A stretch of 64,000 nt of DNA, taken from an uncultured Nitrospinota bacterium (GTDB lineage Bacteria > Nitrospinota > Nitrospinia > Nitrospinales > JAJDAT01). The stretch is taken from NCBI GenBank assembly GCA_964570665.1, contig CAZMZH010000001.1, positions 210 through 64,209 on the forward strand. The letters are read 5' to 3'. The translations under genes and the position numbers were made by a program. Shown here in pieces: positions 47,253-57,820 of this stretch; within the stretch, counting starts at the first letter, position 1; each line of letters starts with the position of its first letter. A model generated the notes under the pieces. The model worked only from the letters and a program-made list of their open reading frames with translations. It made no database searches and had not been told where the DNA came from.

Positions 47253-48620
47253 TTATTCACTATCCTTTTCAGGTTCCATTTTTGCGTATTCAAACTCGCA
47301 ATTATTATAAATAAAGTTTAAAGCTTTTTGGCCACGCAATTTAGACTTAGTGTGAGTATAAGTTGACTGATTAGAGAGCATTTTTTGCCTAACTTCTTCA
47401 GGGCTTTGCTTCGTTTGCTCTGCAAGCGCCTTAAATTCATTTTCCATATCCGCTTCAGAAACAAAGATTTTTTCCTGGTTGGCGATTTCCTCTAAAATCA
47501 TATAGCCTTTCGTGTTGAAGGCCGCTTTCTCGCGCCATTCTTTCTTTGCTTTCTCTTCTTCAAAACCGGAATCTTCTAATTTCATGCCCGATTGCTGTAT
47601 TTGAAATTTCGCGCCTTCGACCATAAATTTTAATTCTAAATCAACAATTGAATCTGGAGGCTCAAACTCGCTTCCTTTGACTAAGTCATCAAACAATTCC
47701 TGTTTGATTCTTAATTCCTCTTGCTGTTCTTTATAAACTTGCTGATTCATTTTTACGTTTCGTTTCAGCTCGTCGACAGTTTCGGCGCCTTCGTTTTTAG
47801 CAAACTCGTCGTTCAACTCAGGCCAAACCATCTTTTTCACTTCAAGAAGTTTCACCTTAAAATTAGCCATTTCGACCTCTTCGTCTTCCTGGTCTCCGTC
47901 TCCTGGCACTGGCATCGAAATCCGTCTCAACTTATTATTCCACTCAGCTGGCAAGGGAGTTCGAACTTCAAATTCGTCATTTAACTTATGGCCAATGATC
48001 TGATCTTCGAAACCCGCAATCATCTTTTTGGAACCAATCCTTACGGTATAATTTTCCGCGCTGCCATTTTCCAAAGGCTCTCCGCTTAAAAACCCTTCAA
48101 AATTCATCGTGGCAAAATCGCCCTTCTGAATTGCATAATCAGGTTCATGCGGTTCCAAATGACCGTACGCTTCCAAAATTTTACCCATTGCCAGATTAAC
48201 TTCCGATTCGCTAACCACCGCTTCGCGTTTTTCGATTTTTATACCTTTATATTCCCCTATATCAATATCTGGTTTGATGTCGATCGTTATAGCAAAACTC
48301 AATGGCGCGTCTTTTTTAATCTCCGACATTTCTTCATGAAGCATTTCCGGAGCCCCAGCTGGAATAAGTTTTGTCTCAAGCAAAACCTTGTTGTAATACT
48401 CTTGCATCAATCCCTGAAACATTTCGCCAAACGACTGAACGGGAACCTGCTTTTCCAAAATATGTTGCGGAATTTTTCCGGATCGAAATCCAGGAATTTT
48501 CAATTTCTTGCTGATATCCTGGTAAGCTTCTTTAATTTTCTTAGACACCACGTCTTTCGGTATCTCAATTTTCAATTTTCTTTTTAGAGTTCCTAACTCT
48601 TCTACTTTATATTCCATCAA
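47253..48620 (-). CDS. tig: Trigger factor
   Basis: Typical N-terminus YKVEELGTLKRKLKIEIP, the ribosome-binding loop PGFRSGKIP, a central FKBP-like region and a 455-aa length. Confidence 0.9.
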   Translation of the reverse strand: MMEYKVEELGTLKRKLKIEIPKDVVSKKIKEAYQDISKKLKIPGFRSGKIPQHILEKQVPVQSFGEMFQGLMQEYYNKVLLETKLIPAGAPEMLHEEMSEIKKDAPLSFAITIDIKPDIDIGEYKGIKIEKREAVVSESEVNLAMGKILEAYGHLEPHEPDYAIQKGDFATMNFEGFLSGEPLENGSAENYTVRIGSKKMIAGFEDQIIGHKLNDEFEVRTPLPAEWNNKLRRISMPVPGDGDQEDEEVEMANFKVKLLEVKKMVWPELNDEFAKNEGAETVDELKRNVKMNQQVYKEQQEELRIKQELFDDLVKGSEFEPPDSIVDLELKFMVEGAKFQIQQSGMKLEDSGFEEEKAKKEWREKAAFNTKGYMILEEIANQEKIFVSEADMENEFKALAEQTKQSPEEVRQKMLSNQSTYTHTKSKLRGQKALNFIYNNCEFEYAKMEPEKDSE

Positions 48621-48662
48621 TCAATTTCTCCAACCAACCGTGTATTTCAAAAAATCTATCAA

Positions 48663-49808
48663 TTATTTAGCGACAGGTTCGCTAAACTTTTCTGATATCA
48701 ATCTATCAACTTCTAATTTCAGTTTCCCCAAAATCTCGTCGTATGTAAAAGCCCCCAAACCTTTGGGTCCTTCTTTTAAATTGACATGTGTTGGGCCGCA
48801 CCAAAGACCCAAATCTGCGTCGTCCGTTTCCCCAGGTCCATTCACCCTACACCCCATAACGGCGATGGTGAGCTTATATTTTTCGGCGTATTTAGTAAGC
48901 TTTCGCACTTCCTGCGCCAACTCGACAAACTTTCCGTTTTCCACCCGCGAACAACTGGGGCAAGCAATAATATTCAATCCTTCTAAGAAATTTTCTGGAA
49001 CGGATCGAAATCGCCCTTCGTCAATATCTTTTAAAATTTCCCGTCCAACGTCAATTTCCTGGCCTTTTTCGTCGTCGGGTAATGTTAAGGAAACCCGAAT
49101 AGTATCGCCAATACCCGCCGAAATCAACTGTTCAAAAGCAATTCTTGTTTTAATCACTCCTTCGGGCGGCAATCCCGCCTCCGTCACTCCTAAATGCAGG
49201 GGTACATCCGGTCGTAAATCCGCAAACCTTCGATTAGCCTCGATCACCTTTTGCGAGTCGGAATCTTTTAGCGAAACACAGTAATTTACAAATTCTAATT
49301 CGTCCAACATTGCGCAATGATCAATAGCGCATTGAACCATTCCTTCCAACTCGTCGTGCGCAAACCGTTCTTTATAATCCGGATCGATCGAACCGCAATT
49401 CACCCCAATTCTTATAGCGCATTCATGATCTTTTGCAGCTTGTACAATAAACTCAACCTTTTCACGAATGGTTTTATCCTTTTCGAGGTGATAAAGATGA
49501 CCGGGGTTGTAACGAATCTTATTCACCAATGGCGCCACAATAGGAGCCAATCGATAGTTTTCTTGTAAGTCTACGGAAAAAACAGCGTCGGAATTCTTTC
49601 TCAATTCCCTTAACGCCTCAACGTCTTTATCGCTATCGACGGCGATTCGGATAACATCCGCTCCCGCTTCTTCTAAAATTTTTATTTGTTTTGCGGTGGC
49701 TTCAAGATCTTGAGTTCGTGTAGCGGTCATGCTCTGAACGGCAACAGAAGAGTCGCCTCCAATAGTCAAAGAACCTATTTTTATCTTTCGAGTTTTTCGG
49801 GGTTTCAT
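48663..49808 (-). CDS. ispG: 4-hydroxy-3-methylbut-2-en-1-yl diphosphate synthase (flavodoxin)
   Basis: [29 protein letters not shown]-like YNPGH, and the Fe-S Cys ligands in ACPSCSR...[11 protein letters not shown]. Confidence 0.92.
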   Translation of the reverse strand: MKPRKTRKIKIGSLTIGGDSSVAVQSMTATRTQDLEATAKQIKILEEAGADVIRIAVDSDKDVEALRELRKNSDAVFSVDLQENYRLAPIVAPLVNKIRYNPGHLYHLEKDKTIREKVEFIVQAAKDHECAIRIGVNCGSIDPDYKERFAHDELEGMVQCAIDHCAMLDELEFVNYCVSLKDSDSQKVIEANRRFADLRPDVPLHLGVTEAGLPPEGVIKTRIAFEQLISAGIGDTIRVSLTLPDDEKGQEIDVGREILKDIDEGRFRSVPENFLEGLNIIACPSCSRVENGKFVELAQEVRKLTKYAEKYKLTIAVMGCRVNGPGETDDADLGLWCGPTHVNLKEGPKGLGAFTYDEILGKLKLEVDRLISEKFSEPVAK

Positions 49809-50021
49809 GTTCCTAATTCCGGGGAAAGTTTTTGGTCTAATAATGGTGGCTGGTAATATTTATCGGAAACTTCCAACAGTTATTGAAAGTTTCTCTAAAA
49901 AAGTTTCAATTTCAAATTCGCTAAAGCTAATTATTTTAACATTGTTCGCGGTTTTAAAGAATGGGATTATTCAATTTTTCTACCAATTTGAGCCAAGCCA
50001 TTTCCGACTAAAGTATATTTT

Positions 50022-51341
50022 TTAGGGAGTTTGCATCGGGTTTTCCTTCAGCAGACTTTCTGCTTTTTGTTCCTGCACGCTCCGGCTCGACTTTAATCGA
50101 TCTTCAGGGCGAAAAATAAAAAGCCCCCAAGAAATTCCTGGTATCAGGAAAAGCAGGGCAAAATAACTGGCAATATCTTGAGGCGAATATCCCCAACTGT
50201 CCGACGCAAATCCTACAAACCAATTACTTGCCGCCATAACTAAAGTAAGCCCGGCCATTTCAATACTAAAAATTCTACCTAGAAACCTGTTGTCGGCCTC
50301 CATATGCAATAACGCCGTGCTGAAAACCCAAACCACGGCCATGAAAAAAGTCGATATACCAACCGATAACGCCGCTAAATATAAAGATTTGGATTGAGAC
50401 AACAAATAATAGGCAACCGTCCCCATGAAAAAAGAAACGGCAATTGAGATTCGTAACGCTCGCGGCGACTCTCCAAAAAACTTTTTGACTAAAATGGGAC
50501 CTAAAGCGGAACCAATTCCCCTTACGGAATAAATAACTCCAATCCCCAAAGAAACTCCCGCTTGCGTCGAATGCATTTGATTCGCAAATAAGGGCGCCAA
50601 CGTCATAATCCCGCCAGAAATCGCCAATCCAGATTTTAATAAAGTAACCCCTAGAACAAACGGTTCAGACAAAAGGTATTTAAAACCGTCCGTTAAGTAA
50701 CTCCAAGTTCCCTTGCCTATCTCTTTTTTATTGTCCCCTATATGCGTTTCGTTACAATCTACCTTTTTTATAAAATAGGCCGAAAGTAGGAACGTCGCCG
50801 CGTTCAATAAAAAAGCCAATTCAATTCCCAAAAAAGCGACAAATATCCCGCCTGATGCGGCGCCGACAGAAACCATCACCGACCAGGTAGTTCCGCTCAA
50901 GGCATTGGCCGTCACTAGTTCTTGCTTATTCACAACCGAAGGAATAATTGCGTTACGCGCCGGTTCAAAAAAACTCGACATAGAAAGCTCTATAATTGTC
51001 AGAGCGTAGATAAGCCAAAGATCGTTGGGGTCGTCAATCATCAAAAACCCCAAAATAACAAAGAACCGAAAAATATCGGCGATGATCATTATTTTTTTTC
51101 TGCTTATCCGATCCGCGACAACTCCAGCCAGGGGACTGATAATAACCAGAGGCAACAATTTAGCGACCATAATGCCCGCCATAGCGGACGCCGAACCTCC
51201 TAATTTGATGACTAAGGCATATAAAGCGACATAATGAAACCAATCGCCTAATTCGGAAGTGATCTGTCCGTACCACAATCGGCGAAAATTCAGGTTTCCT
51301 TTAAGAAGCGACAGGTATCCAGAAGTCGAAGGTTTTTCCAT
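50022..51341 (-). CDS. MFS transporter
   Basis: 12 predicted TM helices, FRRLWYGQITSELGDW N-terminus, and the loop motif GVVADRISRKK. Confidence 0.8.
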   Translation of the reverse strand: MEKPSTSGYLSLLKGNLNFRRLWYGQITSELGDWFHYVALYALVIKLGGSASAMAGIMVAKLLPLVIISPLAGVVADRISRKKIMIIADIFRFFVILGFLMIDDPNDLWLIYALTIIELSMSSFFEPARNAIIPSVVNKQELVTANALSGTTWSVMVSVGAASGGIFVAFLGIELAFLLNAATFLLSAYFIKKVDCNETHIGDNKKEIGKGTWSYLTDGFKYLLSEPFVLGVTLLKSGLAISGGIMTLAPLFANQMHSTQAGVSLGIGVIYSVRGIGSALGPILVKKFFGESPRALRISIAVSFFMGTVAYYLLSQSKSLYLAALSVGISTFFMAVVWVFSTALLHMEADNRFLGRIFSIEMAGLTLVMAASNWFVGFASDSWGYSPQDIASYFALLFLIPGISWGLFIFRPEDRLKSSRSVQEQKAESLLKENPMQTP

Positions 51342-51502
51342 TAAGGCGATAATCTGGGAGTAGAAAACAGAAGAGTTAAAAGCTTAGTAGTTTAACAGAG
51401 TTCTTTATCCAAAATTTGTAATATTTTTTTGAATTATTAGAGGCTCCCTTAACGCTGTAAGTTATAATTTCGCGTAAGAATTTTTACAATCATAGAAATA
51501 CG

Positions 51503-52399
51503 ATGCCAAGTATCCTAAGCCAAATAATACGAGCCCTCATAAAAGTAAAAAAGCCCAAGGGACAAATACGAAGCAAATCCGTGGAATGTTTGCGCCAAGA
51601 ATTCGAGTCCGATATGTCTCAATACAAATTGCCAAAAGATGTCCAAATTGAAAAGGTCTCGATTAAGGGTATCAACGGCGAATGGGTCGTCCCCAAAAAT
51701 GTCGATTCTAGTAGAACGCTTTATTATATACATGGCGGCGGTTTCTACGCCGGTTCTCTAAACACCCATAGAACGGCAGTCGCTCGGTTTGCTAGCGCAT
51801 TGGGCATTCGCGCTTTTCATATAGATTATAGACTCGCTCCAGAACACCCCTTTCCAGCGGCTGTTGAAGATTGTGTATCCATTTATAAATGGTTAATCGA
51901 AAGCGGCATCTCGTCAAAATCAATACTCATTGGCGGAGAATCCGCAGGAGCGACGCTAACGTTAAATACATTAACCGCATGTCGCGACCAACTGCCAGCG
52001 GGAGCGCTTTGTCTTTGTCCCTTAACCGACTTTGCATTTGCCAGCGAGTCTATGATCAATCAAGCTGAAAACGAACTATTTTATACGCTTACAGAATTGG
52101 AATGGATTCGGCAAATATACGCAGGCGACCAGGACCCCAAAAATCCAGATTTATCGCCAATTTATGCAAACCTTAAAGAGGTACCGCCATTGCTTATCCA
52201 CACCACCGACTCAGAGATGTTGCTGGACGATGCAGTGCGACTGAACATTAAAGCTCAAACCGAAGGGGTCAATGTCGAGCTAAAAGTATGGAACGGACTT
52301 TTTCACGGGTTCCACTTACTTCCCTTTTTACCGGAGTCTAAAACAGCGCTTCAGGAAATCGCAGCGTTTTCAAAAAGAATTTTAAAAACAGCTAATTAA
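51503..52399 (+). CDS. Alpha/beta hydrolase, hormone-sensitive-lipase-like esterase
   Basis: Oxyanion HGGGF, nucleophile elbow GESAGA, and a C-terminal D...H (FHGFH) region. Confidence 0.8.
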   Translation: MPSILSQIIRALIKVKKPKGQIRSKSVECLRQEFESDMSQYKLPKDVQIEKVSIKGINGEWVVPKNVDSSRTLYYIHGGGFYAGSLNTHRTAVARFASALGIRAFHIDYRLAPEHPFPAAVEDCVSIYKWLIESGISSKSILIGGESAGATLTLNTLTACRDQLPAGALCLCPLTDFAFASESMINQAENELFYTLTELEWIRQIYAGDQDPKNPDLSPIYANLKEVPPLLIHTTDSEMLLDDAVRLNIKAQTEGVNVELKVWNGLFHGFHLLPFLPESKTALQEIAAFSKRILKTAN

Positions 52400-52547
52400 G
52401 CCAGTTTTCTACTTTTTTGGATAAAAAAAATACTGATAACATTTATCTAGACTATCCATAATTTTTTTGGTATTTAGATTAAAAAACATAGTGCACCTGA
52501 TTATTCTTTAATCTTTTAAGTCACTCATCTCTTATCAAATTGCAATT

Positions 52548-54794
52548 ATGATAGATTCCTTAACTTATATTAAAAAAAAAATACTTACTGCTTACCAAAC
52601 ATTAAAAAACACACAATACTCAAGGTTTGTAAATGTTGTATTTTTAAAATCATCAATAATTAGTTTCTTTAGCCTTATTCGGCTATTCAATCAAAAATTC
52701 ATATTTGAATTAACTAAACCGCTAAAACCAATCCCCATAAATAGCATGGGAACTTTGAGAGCTAAAACTTATAATCTCATAGGCTTCCTAGTTGACCACT
52801 CCGAAGAATCTTCAGATGAACAACCTATAAAAAAAAAGCTTCGAGATTGGTTTTCAAAAATCGTTAATTATTCAATCATTCTCTCAATAATTTGTATTTT
52901 GTTAGAACTTGTCTTTGACTTAAATTACTCAAATCTTGAAAAGTTTATACTCATGATATTTTCATTTGAGTACTTCATTAAATTTTTAAGCTTCGGAAAA
53001 TCCTATTGGAAAGGATGTAAAGGAATTATAGATGCCATAGCCACATTTCCCTCACTATTAACATTTTTATTTGAGGCTAATCTTACTTGGGTTCGCTTCG
53101 TTCGATTAACCAGATTTGCAAGAATATTTAAATTATTAAATGTAGTCGGAGGAAAACCAATTGATTTCTTAAATTCCTTATTTAAAGAGCATAAAACTGT
53201 AATATCTCAACTACATGTTGAAATCAAATTAATAGTGGGTTCATTAGGACTACTTCTATTTGTTGCATGGGGACAAATTATGGATTCATGCAACAAAGTT
53301 GAGAGCCTTACAGCTTTAATTATTACCATAAAAATATTTTTGAATATTTCTAATAGTACGGAATGTCTTCAGTCCGATCCATCTGGATTCTTCAACTTCG
53401 TTGGAATTATTTACCTTGGCATTTTTGCGAGTATTTTAGCCGCAATTTTCATTGAAGTAATTCAAGTAAAGAAAAAATATCGGAATCAACTTTTTTTTAA
53501 TAATCATATAACTCTGATTTACAACTCAAGTTATACATCTGAATTAATTGATGAGTTTGAATCGGCAAAAGTTAATAAATTAGTCTTATTTGGAGAAAAA
53601 AGCCTAAAGGAAATTTGCGAAGAAAAAGACCTTTTTTATTATGAAGGCGAAATTACAAGCTTAAAAGAACTAGCAAATATAAATATTAATAAAGCAAAAA
53701 CTTTATTAATTTCAAATTTAGCTGATTTACTTGAACGAAAGGAAAAAGATTCCATCGGAAGCCTGTCGACACTCCAAAATATTAAATTTGTATTGGAATC
53801 GATAAAAAATGAAAATCCAGAAATAGAAATCTTATTTGATTATGCAGAATTGCAACCTCAACATTTAACTTATATAGAAGATTTGAGCTGCGCAGAAAAA
53901 TTCAATTCGCAAATTTTTAAAAACTTTTTAATACTCCTTCATATTTCTTTAAATGAAAACCAAAGAAAATTATTTGACCAAACCATATTTTCTGTGAATA
54001 CACAGATAGTAGAACTAGATAAAGAACCTTACAAAAAATTAGCGCTTGATGAGAATCAAGTAATCAACTTAAAAAAAGAAGGAATTCATATTGAATTAAA
54101 CAATTACTTCATCGATTTATTTATTGAAAATAAATTTTTAATTTTATCAGATGAAAAAAGATATAACGAGATAATCAAAAACTATGGGGATAAATTCAAC
54201 TGGGAACCAATATTTTCACCCATAGAAAATTTTGATGAGGAAACGATCAAAACGTTTTTAAGGAACAATAATTCATCCTATATTATAGTTTTAGCCGACA
54301 GTTCATTTAAAGATCAAAATGAAAAAGACATGGCTTCAATTGCTACTTGTAATCAAATTAGTGAATTATTAAAAAAAGAGGGTTTAGAAGATCAAGTTCA
54401 AGTATTCGTTGAAATCCTTGAAGATTTTAATGAAGACATATTACAAAACGTTTTAAGTAAAAACGGAAACTCAAAAGTTTTTAACACCTATAATCCAGAA
54501 AAACATTTAGCAGCTCTCTTGATTAAGGCGGCATTGTATCCAGGTTTTATTTCAATTTGTAAACATTTTATAGAAAACAATATGGGCTTTTTAAAGTTAA
54601 TTAATCATAGCAATTTTATAAAAAATAAAGATTACTCTTTAAATGAACTCACCAAATTTTCTTCAAATTTAAAACAGTTTTTTGGTATCTATAGCAATAT
54701 AGAAAAAGTTATAAAAACTGATTTTATTTTAAGTCAAGATATCCCAATCGAAGAAACTGATGAAATCGTTGTTATAGAATTAAAAAACTCTTAA
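52548..54794 (+). CDS. Voltage-sensor-type 6TM ion-channel-like protein with a large C-terminal CASTOR/POLLUX-like (RCK-like) cytoplasmic region
   Basis: S4-like WVRFVRLTRFARIFKLL (Arg every third residue) with flanking TM helices. The S5-S6 loop has no TVGYG- or TLESW-type filter. The C-terminus has HITLIYNSS... and SSYIIVLADSS...VQVFVEILED blocks resembling CASTOR/POLLUX RCK halves. Very low GC. Confidence 0.6.
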   Translation: MIDSLTYIKKKILTAYQTLKNTQYSRFVNVVFLKSSIISFFSLIRLFNQKFIFELTKPLKPIPINSMGTLRAKTYNLIGFLVDHSEESSDEQPIKKKLRDWFSKIVNYSIILSIICILLELVFDLNYSNLEKFILMIFSFEYFIKFLSFGKSYWKGCKGIIDAIATFPSLLTFLFEANLTWVRFVRLTRFARIFKLLNVVGGKPIDFLNSLFKEHKTVISQLHVEIKLIVGSLGLLLFVAWGQIMDSCNKVESLTALIITIKIFLNISNSTECLQSDPSGFFNFVGIIYLGIFASILAAIFIEVIQVKKKYRNQLFFNNHITLIYNSSYTSELIDEFESAKVNKLVLFGEKSLKEICEEKDLFYYEGEITSLKELANININKAKTLLISNLADLLERKEKDSIGSLSTLQNIKFVLESIKNENPEIEILFDYAELQPQHLTYIEDLSCAEKFNSQIFKNFLILLHISLNENQRKLFDQTIFSVNTQIVELDKEPYKKLALDENQVINLKKEGIHIELNNYFIDLFIENKFLILSDEKRYNEIIKNYGDKFNWEPIFSPIENFDEETIKTFLRNNNSSYIIVLADSSFKDQNEKDMASIATCNQISELLKKEGLEDQVQVFVEILEDFNEDILQNVLSKNGNSKVFNTYNPEKHLAALLIKAALYPGFISICKHFIENNMGFLKLINHSNFIKNKDYSLNELTKFSSNLKQFFGIYSNIEKVIKTDFILSQDIPIEETDEIVVIELKNS

Positions 54795-54887
54795 ACACAA
54801 AATTCATTTTTTGATAATCAAACAATGCACCAGTTTTTAATTCTATCAAAAACATTTAATAAAAAAAATTCCTTAACTTTCATGCCC

Positions 54888-54916
54888 TTGACAGACTTTA
54901 AGTCTGAACGTAGACT
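54888..54916 (+). promoter_or_regulatory. Sigma70-type promoter of the AAA+ two-gene operon, with a palindrome in the spacer
   Basis: TTGACA (54888-54893), 17-nt spacer containing AGACTTTAAGTCT, then TAGACT (54911-54916). Confidence 0.4.
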
Positions 54917-54963
54917 AATCCCAAAGAGGTTTCGAATAAATATCATCACATAAGGAGAAATTT

Positions 54964-55917
54964 TTGGACACGCAAGATGTTGAAAAACAAACGGTAACGA
55001 TTAAAGGGATCGAGCTGGCTTTAAGCGCCCCCGTCTCGGGAAATTATGAATGGATTGGTCAGGATGAAGTTCTTTCGCAAGTTTTGGCCTGCTGGTTGGT
55101 CGTCGCCAAGGAAGATATGCCCCTTTCTCCAAGGATCGTTGGCATGCCCGGTATAGGGAAAACCACACTGGCAATGGTTGCGGCTATGAAACGCAATCAA
55201 CCTTTATACATCTTTCAATGCACCAGCGACACCCGGCCGGAAGACCTTTTAATCACGCCTGTTTTGGCGGAATCGGGAAAAATTTCCTATCACGCTTCTC
55301 CATTAGTGAGCGCCATGCTAACCGGAGGCATTTGCGTTTTGGACGAAGGCAACCGAATGAACGAAAAGAGCTGGGCGTCTCTCGCTCCCCTATTGGATCA
55401 CCGAAGATACGTTGAGTCTATTGTGGCGGGAATCATGATTTCAGCGAAACCTGAGTTCCGCGCTTGTGTCACCATGAACGAAGACGAATCCACTTTTGAA
55501 ATCCCCGATTATATTCTTTCGCGATTGCAACCGACGTTAAAACTCAGCTCGCCCAACAAACAAGACGAATTAGCGATCTTAAAATATCATCTACCGTTTG
55601 CCGAAAACGATATGCTGAACCTAACCGTTGATTTTCTGCAAAGAGCGCATCAACTAGATTTAGACTTTTCGCCGCGCGACGGAATTCATATCCTGCAATA
55701 CGCGATAAAAAGACTCGCTCAGAATCCGAATCATCCTCTTTCTAAAGACGCAGTCTGGCACGAAGCAATCTCTAATGTATTGGGAGAAGAAGCGCTGGAT
55801 TTAGATAACCTCGCAGAAAGTAAAAGACGGGCGCTTGGCGGACAACAACTTCCTATGGGATTGAGCGATTTCTTCTTTGCCGACGGCAGTCCGTTACATC
55901 CAGACTCCGATAATTAA
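54964..55917 (+). CDS. AAA+ ATPase of the AAA_5 / MoxR-CbbQ-NorQ-like type
   Basis: Walker [12 protein letters not shown], Walker [12 protein letters not shown], and sensor-region blocks. TTG start with AAGGAG 7 nt upstream. Confidence 0.8.
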   Translation: MDTQDVEKQTVTIKGIELALSAPVSGNYEWIGQDEVLSQVLACWLVVAKEDMPLSPRIVGMPGIGKTTLAMVAAMKRNQPLYIFQCTSDTRPEDLLITPVLAESGKISYHASPLVSAMLTGGICVLDEGNRMNEKSWASLAPLLDHRRYVESIVAGIMISAKPEFRACVTMNEDESTFEIPDYILSRLQPTLKLSSPNKQDELAILKYHLPFAENDMLNLTVDFLQRAHQLDLDFSPRDGIHILQYAIKRLAQNPNHPLSKDAVWHEAISNVLGEEALDLDNLAESKRRALGGQQLPMGLSDFFFADGSPLHPDSDN

Positions 55918-55932
55918 AGCGGAGACGATTCT

Positions 55933-57771
55933 TTGACAACCAAGACCGAAGATATTTTTCAACTGAGTTCCCGTATAAAAATCCTCCCAACCGTTCATGG
56001 AAGCGGCGATTTTGCGCGAACAATTCGGCAAAAACTTTTAGAAGTTTCCCCTGACTGCCTCGCCGTTTGTTTACCAGAGGCTTTTCAACCGCTAGTGGAA
56101 GAAGGCATCGACAAACTTCCCTATATATCGCTGGTAAGTTCAACCGAACCAGACGGATCGTTTAACTATGTTCCCATCGATCCTTGCCAATCTGTCATAA
56201 CGGCTCTGCGCGTTGCAATGCAAGAAGGAATTCCAAGAAAATTTATCGATTGGGACACATCGACTTTTGAAACTCGAAAAAACATTTTTCCGGACACCTT
56301 TGCGCTACGTAATTTATCTTATGAAAAATTTGCAACCGCGTTGTTGCCAACCGTAAAAAAACCGGCTCCCGACAGCTTTCACGATAAACGCATTCGGTGG
56401 ATGGCGTATCAAATTCATAAGTTGGAATTGGACTACTCAAACATTGCTTTGGTATGCTCCATACTCGATTGGCCATGGATTAAAGAAGCATACGACGCTA
56501 ACCTGCCTTATCCCCAAGGCGAAGAAAAATGTAATCTACCCAGTTTATTTGGTCTGGAAACCAACACCCTGTTTTTCGCGTTGTCAGAAATTCCTTATGT
56601 GACCCATCTTTATGAAAAAAAACGACAAGAACTAAGACCCGACCGCGAAGCGGCGCTGGATGGGGTCAAAGAAATTTTGTTAAAAGCCAGAGATCTTTTC
56701 ACCAAAAAACACAAAGTCAAATACCACAATCTAACGCCTCAAACCTTTCAGATCTTTTTGCAGTATGTGCGCAATCTTTCTTTAATGGAAAACCGGCTCA
56801 CGCCAGACCTTTACACACTGGCCAACACAGCCAAACAAGTTGGCGGCGACAGCTTTGCCGTGTGCGTTGTCGAAGCGGCTAGAGATTATCCGTTTCAAGA
56901 AGAATATAAAAAGGATTGGGATACATTGGCGTTGGGAATCGACCAAGCGTTGTTGGACGACAAAGTCGTAAAAATGAAAAATCGACTCTCAGAATTTCAA
57001 GTGGAATGGAAAAACATCGATCTCAAAAAAGACCCCGACGCCGATCGACAAAAGGAATGGAAATATAATTGGAATCCACACGGCCAATGTTCATGGCCGC
57101 CAGAAGACGATCAGATCGAAAGTCTCAACACCCACGTTCGAGAACAATCCAAACTTTTATTGAGTTCCGATCTTGCCCGCACAGAAAAATTCACTTCCTC
57201 GGTTAAAGACGGGCTAGATATAAGAGAAACGATTCGCAATTGGCATACCGGCGATATTTATGTCAAAGAAATTCCGCCATCGCGGGGTCGTATTGAAATC
57301 GTAGTTCTACTGTTTGAAGTAGAACCCGATCCTGCTAAGTTTTCCTGGAGGCAAACCTGGTACGCAGAGCACCTTGAAGAATCCACGCTATGCTTTTTCG
57401 CGACGCCTTATGAAGAAACTTTGATAGGCCCAGGCATCGCGCAAGCAAATTATGGCGGCTGTATGCTCATGTATCCACCGCGCCCCATTCCAAATATTTG
57501 GGAGGACCGACGCCTTAAGCATTCTGCAACCTTGGACGAACGATTATTAGAAGCCGCGTTTTTTCATTCCAGAGAAAAGCACGTAACCGTCGCTTCGCCC
57601 GGACCGCCAACGGCAAAATGGAGACTACTGGCGAAACGTTATAAAAAAAGGATCATACACATCCCGCTAAGCCGATTCTCCAATCAAACCATAGAAAAGG
57701 TTCGGCGGTTTCACGTATTGAACGGAAAAGAAATCCGAAGCTTCGCTTCGCGCTTTATCGAAGATATTTAA
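55933..57771 (+). CDS. Uncharacterised 612-aa partner of the AAA+ ATPase; the N-terminus resembles TraB/TIKI/DUF5682-type domains
   Basis: TTG start 15 nt after the ATPase stop, with GGAG upstream. N-terminal IKILPTVHGSGDFARTIRQKLLEVSPDCLAVCLPEA and HDKRIRWMAYQI resemble the GT.H..S....V...I....PD.V.VEL and ERD.YMA blocks of the TraB/DUF5682 families. No MIDAS/VWA motif was seen. Confidence 0.45.
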   Translation: MTTKTEDIFQLSSRIKILPTVHGSGDFARTIRQKLLEVSPDCLAVCLPEAFQPLVEEGIDKLPYISLVSSTEPDGSFNYVPIDPCQSVITALRVAMQEGIPRKFIDWDTSTFETRKNIFPDTFALRNLSYEKFATALLPTVKKPAPDSFHDKRIRWMAYQIHKLELDYSNIALVCSILDWPWIKEAYDANLPYPQGEEKCNLPSLFGLETNTLFFALSEIPYVTHLYEKKRQELRPDREAALDGVKEILLKARDLFTKKHKVKYHNLTPQTFQIFLQYVRNLSLMENRLTPDLYTLANTAKQVGGDSFAVCVVEAARDYPFQEEYKKDWDTLALGIDQALLDDKVVKMKNRLSEFQVEWKNIDLKKDPDADRQKEWKYNWNPHGQCSWPPEDDQIESLNTHVREQSKLLLSSDLARTEKFTSSVKDGLDIRETIRNWHTGDIYVKEIPPSRGRIEIVVLLFEVEPDPAKFSWRQTWYAEHLEESTLCFFATPYEETLIGPGIAQANYGGCMLMYPPRPIPNIWEDRRLKHSATLDERLLEAAFFHSREKHVTVASPGPPTAKWRLLAKRYKKRIIHIPLSRFSNQTIEKVRRFHVLNGKEIRSFASRFIEDI

Positions 57772-57820
57772 TTATTCGGATGGGATAAAATAAAAAATTA
57801 AAACCTTAAATAATGTCACA

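Noticed and set aside
48640-49284. 214-aa plus-strand ORF
   Set aside because: It is entirely antisense to ispG, which has unmistakable conserved motifs. The product is Ser/Pro-rich with no motif.
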